DNA from: Haplodiscus bocki
Lineage: Eukaryota
Assembly (NCBI GenBank): GCA_965655095.1
Contig: OZ296648.1
Location: 8,742,001-8,806,000 of the forward strand
Reading direction: 5' to 3'
DNA length: 64,000 nt
The notes below the pieces were generated by a model that was given only the letters and a program-made list of their open reading frames with translations, did no database searches and had not been told where the DNA came from. The first letter of the stretch is position 1. Every line of letters begins with the position of its first letter. A program made the position numbers and the translations under genes. Below are positions 1 to 11,500 of this stretch, one piece after another.

Positions 1-2060
1 TCCGCACCACCTTCCCCTCGTAAGTATGTACTTGGGAAAATCACATTTTCCTGCTTTTCCCAGACTCTTCTCTGTCAGCGACCGAATATTTTTCTTTCCT
101 TGATAAAAGAACAGTCCAAACAGAAATCAATTGCTACTATATTTTTTTTGCTGCTCCTCTTTGCAAATTATTCCTTCACTAAAGGCCAAGAAACATAAAA
201 TTAGCGCGCAAGTAAAATTAAATACTGCTTCCTGCCGTAACGGTATTTTTAGCGGAGACTAGGACGGCATTCAAATAATATTTTACCATGTTGGGACGCC
301 ACCATTTATTCGTCATTGCTTCTTCATTTTCATTTTTAATATAAACTGATGTATTTCATCTGTGATTTGCCTTTGTTAAATTGCTACCACCACTTTTCCT
401 CTACTTTCTTTCCATATTTTTTTCTTGGTTATTTGTTACTGGTTACTTTATAACTAAACTATCACGTTATAACTTGTATCTTTACGTTACATAGCATCCT
501 GGAATGTAGAGAGCTTGTTATTTTTCCGTTTTCTTGACGTCTTCTTTAATGTGATGCCAATTGACTATTGCAAATGCTGACAACTTTTAATATTCGTTTT
601 CAAATGTTCTTGCTTCATTTTTATTGGTTGCTACCCACCCCATTAGAAGAAGTAGAGTTGCAATTTGTTTTATCTTTTGGCAGTTTGAAATTAAGAAACA
701 GATTTTTCGCTCATATCCATTTTGTTTAAATCAATTTCCTGCTGAAATATTGGGCGACCTGCTACAAACAGTAAATATTACATTTCCTTAATTTCTTTCG
801 AAGAATTTTTCACAGATTTTCCGTTTTCGTCAAGCAAAACTGTTATTTAATCTAAGAATTCATCTAGAAGATATTGATTGTCGAATAGCCACGATGATTA
901 ATTATCCTTTGTTTGAAAATATGAAAGGCTGTGGAATCATCACAAGCTTAAAGATAACAGTGATGAGTATTTGAATTAAATTAATAGGATCTTTTGAAGG
1001 ATCCTTCAAGTTTTTCATCCTTTCTATCCAAATATTTGAACGATTTAGCTTTGAATGTTTCTTGCCGAAAAAGGAGCCTGCTGAGAATCGAACCATTCAC
1101 ATACCAACCAAGATATCTAACCATTATGACCTCTAATTTGGGGAATTTGGCAAAAATTGTTCTGGGTACTCTACCGTCATGGGCCAATGCGGTTTCGAAA
1201 TTTTCTATCGTAAAATCGCCTTAAGACTTTCAATGCGTTCAATAGAACTAAAATTTCAGGGCTGGTAACGTGATTTTTAAAATGGAAATTCCTTCAAACT
1301 GTCGTTCGGAGGGAATAAAAATTTGAAGAAGCTCTTTAAACATGTCTGTACCTTAAGAACAGTAAAAAAAACCTTCAAAAATTATGAAAATGGACCCCAT
1401 TGAGCACTAAGGAGGTCACTTTTAGGATAGCGGCAAGCGCGTTTCAAACTAGGCAAAATTTTCATTGCTTTTAACCAGAAACTTTTGTACTTAGGGGTTT
1501 TTATCGACAGCTGGGTCAACCAGAATCTGAAAAACCAATCGTCATTACATATGTCAAAACCCAAACAAACAAACTGCTGACTCATTGAGAAAAACTGCGG
1601 ATAAATCATTCCGTTGATAATCGGATCACTCTCGTGCCGTTATAAAAACAAACGTTCACTTGGAAAGTTGCTTGATTTTTTTTGAAAAAAAATTCTTGAA
1701 AAATTAAACTGAAACTTTTTGTAACAGTTGTTTTGGAAAGTTGGAAGTAGGTATTTTTGCTGTTTTCCGAAACTATCAGTAGTAATAAATCAAGATTTGA
1801 CTGAGTCAAGGTCTTCTCTGGTGTTTTTGTTGGATTCTTGTATTGCATCTTTTCGGGAGACTAGATCAAGAATTTTTTTCGACGGAAATGTTTTGTGGTT
1901 TTGGAAGAGAAAGGCCATCTTTCGAAATTAACTTTCGTTCACTTTTGAGTGGATCATAAGTGGATGCAAGTTTATTCAGTTTCTTTCAAGTGTTTCTTAA
2001 TTCATCAAGTTTTCTCAGAAATTTGTCAATTTTATACGATTGATGTCTGTTTTTCCAAAA
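1..2060 (-). mobile_element. Heavily decayed Ty3/Gypsy-like pol relic (RT, RNase H, integrase order)
   Basis: Broken - strand frames give RT-like QSNLDLLL…TYFQL…ATFQVNVCFY (~1650-1810), RNase H-like DFTIENFETALAHDGRVPRTIFAK (~1150-1220), and integrase-like KWWRPNMVK (~280-310) and IVAIDFC (~120-142). Each match is weak; the domain order is the main support. Confidence 0.4.
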
Positions 2061-2276
2061 TTATCAGTCAATTGACGTGAAATTGGCTCATTTTTTCTTT
2101 ATAGGCACTAAACAATTAGCTCGCGACCTATCGATTCTACTTTCTTCTTTTTTGGTCGCACTATGCAAATCGATTCGTGACAGGCCGGCCGCCTGAGCGA
2201 TATAGAAGTGAACTTCGACAGAGACATCCATTTTTTACTAAGTTAATTTCTCAGTGCTTAGTGCCTAGCATCCTTG

Positions 2277-2506
2277 ATGCCAATGTTTTACTTAAACGCC
2301 CCAATGAAAACCTCTGTCCTTTTTGTAGACATGCCTAAAGACGCGAGTGATGGTAGTGGTGATTGCGCTACTCTGATGAAGCCCCCTATCAACTGGGACC
2401 AGCACCCCGTGGCCAAGATCATGATCATAACGTGGAATGTCGGCAACTGTTCGCCTGCTTCCTTCGACGAAAGTATTCTCTTTGACAAGCAGCACTTCGA
2501 CAAGAG
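2277..2506 (+). CDS. 5-phosphatase exon 1 (…[11 protein letters not shown]…)
   Basis: TWNV motif; donor AG|GTATGA at 2507; phase 2. Confidence 0.85.
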
Positions 2507-5500
2507 GTATGAGCTGCACAACTAATTAAGTATTTCGATGGGAAGAGAATTCGTTGAGCAGGAATTTGAAAAATTGAGACATTGAGCCTGAAAACTCGAG
2601 TGTATTTTTGGAAATTGAACTTGTTGCTATAGTTGCTGTTTAAGTTTGTTTTTCGGCGTGTCTGCTCATTTCTTCGTCTACTTAACGTGCCCCTCCAGTA
2701 AGTTGTTGCAATGACTTGAAAATTTCCGATTTAATTGTACTCAGAATGAATAGAATTTGAATTGTTGATCAAATTCATATATGGATGGAACTTTTTTTTG
2801 AATCATTGGAGGAGTCATTTTGTCATTGGTTACTGAAACTTATAGTTGTAAATTTAACGATCATAGCCTGTCCCCATCCAGATTGCTCAGCTGACAGAAT
2901 TTCAGGAGCTTTAAACCTACTAGCCTACGGCCAACTACTACGCAATATTTAGCAAGAGGCGCAGTCGCACGGAGATATTTTGTCACAGGGGCGCAAAAAT
3001 GATTGATCGAACATACAACAAATAATTTTCATAAAATTTTAGGAATATCATAAATTTGACAATTGAGACCTTGTTAGAAGAATTCAAGCCGGTAGCTTTA
3101 GTACCCAGTGGCAGAGTACCCAGGGCAGAGGCTCGAAGAGGTGCAAAACCTCATTCTCTGTCCTTCTTGAATACATTTAAACGGAAGTTTCTAGATATCC
3201 ATATGTTATTGTACCAATATTGTATTCAATTAAATAAACTTTCCTTTCCTTTAGAAAATTGTGAAATCGATATCGACAAAAGAATATTGACCGCAATTTT
3301 CGGCATTTTCGGCCTATTGTGATGCTCTCAAAAGAATTAAGTTTTTCTCTGCTCGAAGAATCTGCTACTGATGAAAAGCTGTCAATTAAAACGTTAATGG
3401 AAGAAGTCAAGCCAATAGTTTTGTAGAAATTTGAATTTCATTATTGAGATATGTCAAAATTAATGGCATTTTTGGACAATCAGGATTCCGACGCAAGGAA
3501 CACGATCGGCTATTTTTCTGATGAATAGTCAACCTCAAGGAGATAGACCTCGCTTTAGCCCTAGAGGGAAGAAGTCAAGCAAGTAGTTTCGGAGAAATAT
3601 GAGTTTGAATACCGATATCTGTTATTATTAGTTGCATTTTTTGGCATTTTTGTACACTCAGGATTTCAACGCAAGGAAGAAAGTTGATGATTCTTTTGCA
3701 TTCTCCTCCAAGTAGAGACCTGTCGATTGCGACCTTGATGGAAAAATCAATCGGGTAGTTTTGGAAAAACATTGATTTTGAATACGGCTATTTTTTTCTG
3801 ATCAATCGATTTCTTTAAAAGTTGTCAAAAGATTTTGAAAAACAACAGATTGTTTCAGTTACAGAGGCAAAGGGGGAGTTTTTGAGAAGATAACCAATTC
3901 ACCAAAAAAATCGTTTTTTTCCTTTGGAAATATAGGAACATTAAATACAAATATCTGAAATTATTCAAAAAGTGGGTTGTTTAGGGATTCGAACCCGCTA
4001 CTTGTGGGCTACGTAACATCAGTGCCACCATACATATGTATTATACAAGCCACCTACAATTCCGCAACATGAAGTCTGCGCGTCATGGGCAGTTCCAGGA
4101 AAAGGAAAAAACTCCACTTCTGAATTTAATATTTTTCTTTCGAAGTATAAAAGTATTGGATAAAGTAATGATCGAACCAGCAACCTTGCGGTTGCCATGC
4201 GTGTGCGTCACTTACAGTTCAAAATCTTCCTAGTTAAAATTTTTCACACTGCTCAACGTTCTCAATTTGTGTTTAGTGCGGCAGGGGTGTCTCCTGACAT
4301 TGTGGTGATTGGCTTCCAAGAAGTGGACGCCAGTCTGCATAACAACCTCTTACGTCACTGGAACTACAGCGATTGGTCAGTGAAGTTGATGCAACACATG
4401 GCTGCCCACGGGTTCATCATGATACATCACGATTCTTTTCCAGGTCAGCTCAGTTCAAATTGAGTCACTTGATATATTTCTAGTCCGCAAAGCTTTCAAA
4501 TTCTTTGTTTTTCGTACATATTTTTCAAATTTTTGTCAATTATCGCTCCTATTGCCGAACTTTTCCGTGTTTAGCCGGCGCTTTTATTATTAAAAAATCC
4601 GAGTATTACAGTGGCTATTTTTTTCTCGAGTATTCGATGAAAGTGAAAAGCGATTTCTTGTACTCCAAAAGAGTGGTGATGAGGCACTGCTCTACTGCCA
4701 GCAACCAACCAGTGCATAAAACTTCTAATTTTGAAAATACCAAAGGGTCTGCCTACGGCGTTGCGAGACAAAAAATATCGAGAGAAATTGTGATACCCCT
4801 TGCTATACCAAAAGTATTGGAAAAGCAAAATTTTTGAACACCAGGGGTCCCCCCTGTTTTTTTCGCCAGCTTGAAATAATTTTATGGGCCAAAAAATAGT
4901 GTGAACACATTTTTAGTCGGCGTTTTTTTCAAAACCAAGTATTAAAAATTGTCATATTAACGCCCTGTAGATATATAGAGCGTTACGGCGGCGCGGGGCA
5001 TTCCGGGCTTCTTTTATTTCATAGACGTGGTCCTCTTTCAACATGGGCTTATCTGCTGTCTACACGACTTTTTGCGTTTTTAGTGCGCATTTCCCTTCTT
5101 ATTTCCTTTTCAGTGGAGACTGAGATACCAAGTTTTTTTGGTAGTTTAGTAGTTTCGTCAAAATTGGATTACTATGTTTTGTATCCTTTGATGTCTCGTA
5201 ACCTTTGAATTTATGCTTCGAGAATAATTTGAAAAAAAAAAGAATTATTTGAATTTGTTCAGTAAAATAACTTGATATCGTCTTTCCCGAGCAATAAAAA
5301 GAACCTTTCGAAAATACTTGCCGATCATTTTGGACCTGTGAAGTATTTTTTGAGGTTCTATAGAAATTTTCTTCATCTTCATTGATTTTTTCGTATTACC
5401 AACATCAGGTTTGGTCATAGCTTCTTCGGCGGCCATCTTTGCGAACTTTCGGGAGTTTTTGACCACCACTGCTGAAGTTCTGCGACAAACAAGGACACTA

Positions 5501-8500
5501 TAAAGTAATCAAAATATAGCAGAAGCAGAGATTGGAACCAGCAGCTTTTCGCTTATGTGGATGCGCTAATCCTCAGTTACTACTCTCAGATGATTCAGAT
5601 GTGAACATTCGCAATGTGCTGCTTTTTGTAGGTCTGTTGAGTATAATGTTCGTGAGATATGATTGGGTTCCGTTTGTGAATTTGGTGGAGGCTGACACGA
5701 CCAAGTTGATGTTCGAGAGTCTAGTGGGGTCTAAGGGTGCCATTGGAATTAGAGCCAAGATTGGAAACGAGACTGTCTGCTTCATCAACTCACATCTGCC
5801 CGCCCACCTCGCAGACCACAAGGAACGAGACAAGGTTACCGCAACTTATGAACACTGCTAACACCTGTGATGTACCTCGATAGGATCACTTAAAGTCTAC
5901 TGGAAAGTGTATTTCAAATTTTATCCCCTTCATTTAATTTGAATACTTTATTTTCCTTTAAAGGAATTCTTCTTACTAAAAATTGCCAGTATACGTTCAA
6001 GCTCGAAAGGTTAGTTTTTGAATTCTGCGAGTTGACAAAACTGCAATCTTTCCAGATTACAATGAAGGAAAAGTGAGTTTTAGGCCATCCACACTGGGAA
6101 AAACTCTGAGAAGGCCTTCTAAAGCAAAGCAAATAGAGTCATCAATTAAGGAAATTGAACATTTTAGATTTGATTTTTTTCATGACTTTCACTTCCTATT
6201 TAAGAGTTATTATATAAAAATTTATAAGATTGCTGTAAAAATATGCTTTCCTTTTAATCGTAAAAAGTACTTTAGATGAAAAAAATGAAAGTGTATATCA
6301 CTCACCAGGGCTGTCAAAAATTCAGGGCTTGCATTTCCGCGTAAAATAGCTTGTATTCGTTCAATGCAAAAAGTGCTGTGTAATTGTAGTCTTTGTTCTC
6401 AGGAAAATAGGCGCATTTTTGCCCTTTTTGCGACCAAATGCGAAAAGTTGCAAAATACTTTTTGTGGCAGAATCGAAAGTTTGGATGGATTAAGATAGCC
6501 TCATACAAATCAATAAGTTTTTACTGGTTACGTAAAAAAACAATTTATGAAAATGATAAAGCGACAAAAGTGTCATGGAATTTTACGACGAATATCAGGA
6601 TGTTTTTATTTCTGAAATCTCTTTGTTTTTGCTTGTTTCTTTCGCTCCCCATTTTTATCATTTTCACTCCATTTTGAAATTCGACAGAAAACTCGATCAT
6701 TGCTAATCATGTTGGACAACGAAAATCTAAATTACAAAGATTCAAGTCTCCTCTAGTCTCATCAACTTCAACAGTTTTTGCGGAAATACTTTATTGAGAA
6801 ATGAACGAGATAAAAATTCGTTAGATCACAATGATTTTCAGGCCAGGAGTGAACAACCTTTCTGCGGAACCGTTTTTAACGAATCATTTCCGCAAAACGT
6901 GTTTGAATAGACCCGAGGAAACTTGAATTTCTGATGTTCTGATATTGAGTGTCCAATATGGTTAATACTAATTGAGTTTTCTTGTGCGGAATCTCAAAAT
7001 CGTGTGGCAATGGTAAACGGGAAGGCGCGAAAGAATCAGACAAAAACACAGAGTTTTCAGAAATAATAACCTCATATTCGTCGCGAAATTCAATTAATTT
7101 TTTCCTGTAACATTTTTCTTAAACATCTTTTTACGGAAATAAGTGAAAATTTCTTGGTTTCTCATCAGGATATCGTAATCGATTCAAGTTTTCGATCATC
7201 CACTGCAATTCCCACCCAGAAAAAAATTCCCTAAATCAATCTTCAATTAATTTTCAAAAAATTATGCTCTGGTGGTCCGAGTAAACGGTATCAAACCTTT
7301 AGATGGAACTTTTTTTAAATTGTTTCAAGTCAAAATTTTATTCACTTCAAAAGTCACTCAAAGACAATGATTGTTTGCGCTTCAGATATGGTTCTAGTGG
7401 GAACGTCATTTTTTGACATATGCGGTAAACTCTCAGAACTTTACCAATAGCAAGCTGAGAACGGCCAAATCGGGCTGTCCGTAGGGCTCAAAATACTAAA
7501 AGAGAGGAAGGTTTTGGTGTTCTGAAAACCTTGGTTTCTTCAAAAAACAGTTATCACAAAAAAATTACGACCGAAAGTCAATTTTTTTCAAAATACCGAC
7601 TTTGGGGGCATCACAATTTTTTTTTGGTTTTCCTCTAAAGAGTTTGTTGGATTATTCAAAAGGGCGTATCGCGAAAGGTTTGCGAATTGGTTTGCTGAAA
7701 AAATTTGAGCAAATTTTGTCATAAAATTTATGATATTAGCCTTTATAAAAACTTTCGTGATTGCTTTCCTGAAGAAACTTTGTTACCATGCATTTATGTG
7801 ATATAGTGAGCCTCTGTGTAGAGGACATACAAATACGTTACTTTAGTAAAGTTGGTAAAAACGTTATATACAAAGTGTGGTCTGTCTTCTTGAAAAACAA
7901 ATCAAAGTCCTATAGTCGGGCTTTTTTTGTAATAACTAAAAGCGCCGACTAGAAACACCAAAAACGAGAAAGTTGGTAGGTTGGACAACAATTTAAACCA
8001 TTTTTATCCTAAAAGTTTTTCCGTTGCAAAGTTCGTACAATATATTTGGGAAGCAGTACTCGAAGTTCAATATTGAGTAGCGCTGTCAGCATTCGTCATT
8101 TGTACTCGACATTTTTTTTATAAAAAACAGCTACAAAATTTTCTCTTCCAGAAAGATTTTGTAGTCGATGTGTGGCGTCCACTCTTTGCTTTTCGGGTCT
8201 TCCAAAATTTCAGCTTGTCAAATAATGAGACTGTTCAACTTTATTCGCTAGAAAATAAGCGTATTTTAATTGCCTGATGGTCAATTTTTTCGGGTTGATT
8301 TGATGAACATTGAAACTAAAAGAAGGACTTGCTAATTGAGACATTGGGGGATAATTGCCCTCTCGTCCGTCCGTTTCGAAGACATGAAAACAGCAAAGTG
8401 TCCCCACAGGAAAGATTTTTTCAAGAAATGCTGCTAATTAAAAAAAGACATCCCTGTCGCCTGCTGCTCGCTTGCAACATTGTGACAGAATAAGTTATTT

Positions 8501-11500
8501 TGTATAAAGGGCCAACGTATTTCTTGAGCGAGCATTGACAGGTAGCTACGTCGTTTATAAATTGGCATTTAGTTTAAGTAACGATATGTGGTACTGTTTT
8601 CTAATAAGAATTAGATGAAATTTTTGGATGCGATTACTGATTGATTGCGAATCCCCCAGCTCACGAACAAGCATGTTTTTTTTTTTTTACGTAAGCGACC
8701 AACAGGATTGTAACATCTGTAAGTTGACTATCGTTTTTTCAAAGAATCAATATTCGCTAGAATCAGAAGACTTTTCTCACACTTGTTTCACTCTACAGCG
8801 TCTCAACAACATTACTGGTGCCCGGAGAGACCGATAAACTTCGTAAGATATTTATTCCTTGTAGGAGATCTCAGAATTCATGCCAGTGCTTTTACAGGTT
8901 TGTTCTGAGAAATTCGGCAGCTTCAGTCCTAATCGCTACTCTCAGAAACAAAATATTCAGGTTCGGGAAAAAGCCAATAAAATATACCGCTAACAGAAAT
9001 CGCTTTTAAAATGCTTCAGCTTTTTTAAACTGCCAATTAGCTGTGTCACAACCTTGACACTGGGGCTATTCTTCAAGTGTATATGGTACATTTTAGGCAG
9101 GTGTTTCAGGCATATTTGACAATATTGGCCGACCAGTTTTACTCAGGGTGTCAGTCGACAGTGTTGAATCACGACTTCGTGTTTTGGTTCGGAGACCTAA
9201 ACTTCAGAATAGACAACATTCCCAACCCCGAAGTGAAAAGACGCATCCAGGAAGCAGCTGCGTCACAACATCATCCAGCTGCTCATTTCCACACTCTCCT
9301 AGAAAACGACCAGCTAAAGTTCTCCATCGCCAGTGGACGATCTTTCGCCTCTTTTGAAGTATGCAAACCTACAAATTGCTATAACGTCGTTGTCGGAACT
9401 TTATCTTCTTTGTTCTCACTCTCTGGAAAATGAGAAAAACCTTTTAAATTCTGAAACGACATTTGCTTGACGGTTGCTGTCGCTAGCCTTTTATACGCAT
9501 TCTTCAAATTTACAACTTTTCCTGATTTGAATTTTTTTTGTAAAAGCTCAGACTTTCTTCAAAAAAACTATATTTAGGTCGAGCGAAAGTGTTTTGAAGA
9601 AATAGTACTATTTTAGACTTATTCCAGAGCGCATTTGCTGTAATTTGGTGCTCAAAAAATCAAAGTTAGAAATCGTGGTGCAGTACATGTAAATGAAAAA
9701 ATTTTCAACCGAATTTAGCGTTTTTTTGAAAAAAAGAATCGAATTTTTTTCAACTTCAAAAAACTGCAACTTTGCTGTGGAGTGAGTGCCTTTTTCATCT
9801 AAAACGCATTTTAACAAAGTTAGTGGGCGAAAAATATCCCCGTGGTAGCCGGGCGTCTTGTTTCAATTTATTCTTGCAAATTTGATATTTTAATTGCTCA
9901 TGATTTAGGAAGCGCCCATCTTGTTTGCCCCGACGTACAAGTTCAACGTGGGATCCCACGAGTACGACACCAGTGAGAAAAAGAGGAAACCCGCGTGGTG
10001 TGATCGCATTCTGTGGCGAGATAAACCCACGTACAAACTGCAACAGAGGAGGAGTAGTACTATGACGTCACAAGATGGAACTCTGACGTCATCAGTGGAG
10101 AGAGGAGTGTTTTGCAGTCAGTACTTCTCAATTGACAAGTGTTGTGCTAGCGATCATAAACCGGTGGTTGGCAGATACGAAATCAGATTGGATAATTTCC
10201 ATTTTCAGGCTTTAGGTAAGACCAATAATCAACCGCCGTTTCTGTCTGCTTTTTAGTGGGCTCTTTATTTTAGTAAAAAAAAACAGACTATTACATTACA
10301 GTGACTTTTCTCGGGATAAAAGGTCCAAATTTTTGGAATAAAATCTGAGGGTAAAATCTTGATAAAAAACGTGTCTTGTTGGTCTAGAAAGTAGGACGAA
10401 AGGTTTTTAAGCCATTGATACAGGTTCGAGACCAGGCAAATCTTAAAGTTTATTGGCACCATGTGTTTGCAAAAACTTCTGACTTTGAAAATACTATCGC
10501 TTCTTGTTTTGCTCAGCTTATTCCTACATAATGAGATTTTACCGTCAAAAATTAGGACTACAGTATATGGGTTGTCAAAGTTATTTTTTGCAAAAAAAAA
10601 TGTTTCATTTTGCTTAATTAGGCCTTAAGAGAAAGTTAGTGCCTATGGATTTAAGTATTTTTCCTTTGCAAATGTCTTCGTGATTGACCGACTGTGCGAG
10701 GTTGATCGCTAAAATGAATCGGAATGTTCCTTGCCCATTATTTTCTTTTATTCTTTTGTATATATGTATGTATACTGCGTCACTGTTTACTCTTAGATTT
10801 CAAGTACTTGTGGTTAGTCGCAGCTGAGATCCAAATATTCACTTACTAAGATTCAAATCTTCTCAAATTGTCAACATAATTCCCACCTTGTTTTCCGCTT
10901 TTTCAGAATGGTGAACCTTCATCGCGTCTAAAATTTGTTGATTCCCAAAGCGTCGAAAAGTTGCTAACTATTCAAAGCCTCAAAATTGACCAATAAACCA
11001 TTGTATGCTCCGAAATTTTCGACGCTTTGATTAGTCTCCAGTTTTTCGGCGCAGTGGGAGTTTTGGCTAAATTTTAATTATGTTTTAGCATTTAAATTTT
11101 CAGCATAATCCGTTGCACCTTTGGTTCTTATGTTTGTTGTCGATATGGAAATCATTGCTGTCGGTAAAGTAACAAGGTGAGAATGACTAAGTCAGCACCG
11201 CCCGTAAGGATCAAAATACTCTCTGGGTGGGAGCTTTCGATATCTGAAAATTTTCAGATTTTTTGGAAAAATATGTTCTTAGCAATGCCGATAACGGAAT
11301 TTTTTTCGAAAAATCAACCAATGGGGTGTTTCAGAAAACTTTTCTCTTGAAAGTTATTGGATGACCCATATTGGGGGTATCTCAAAAGTTTCTGGAAATG
11401 TCTCTTCTGAAAATTTTCGAAGAAGATATAACACAAATTTTTAACATCTATCGACAAAAAGTTTTCAATTTTCTATTCAGCTTTTTTGAAGGTGTCTGGA

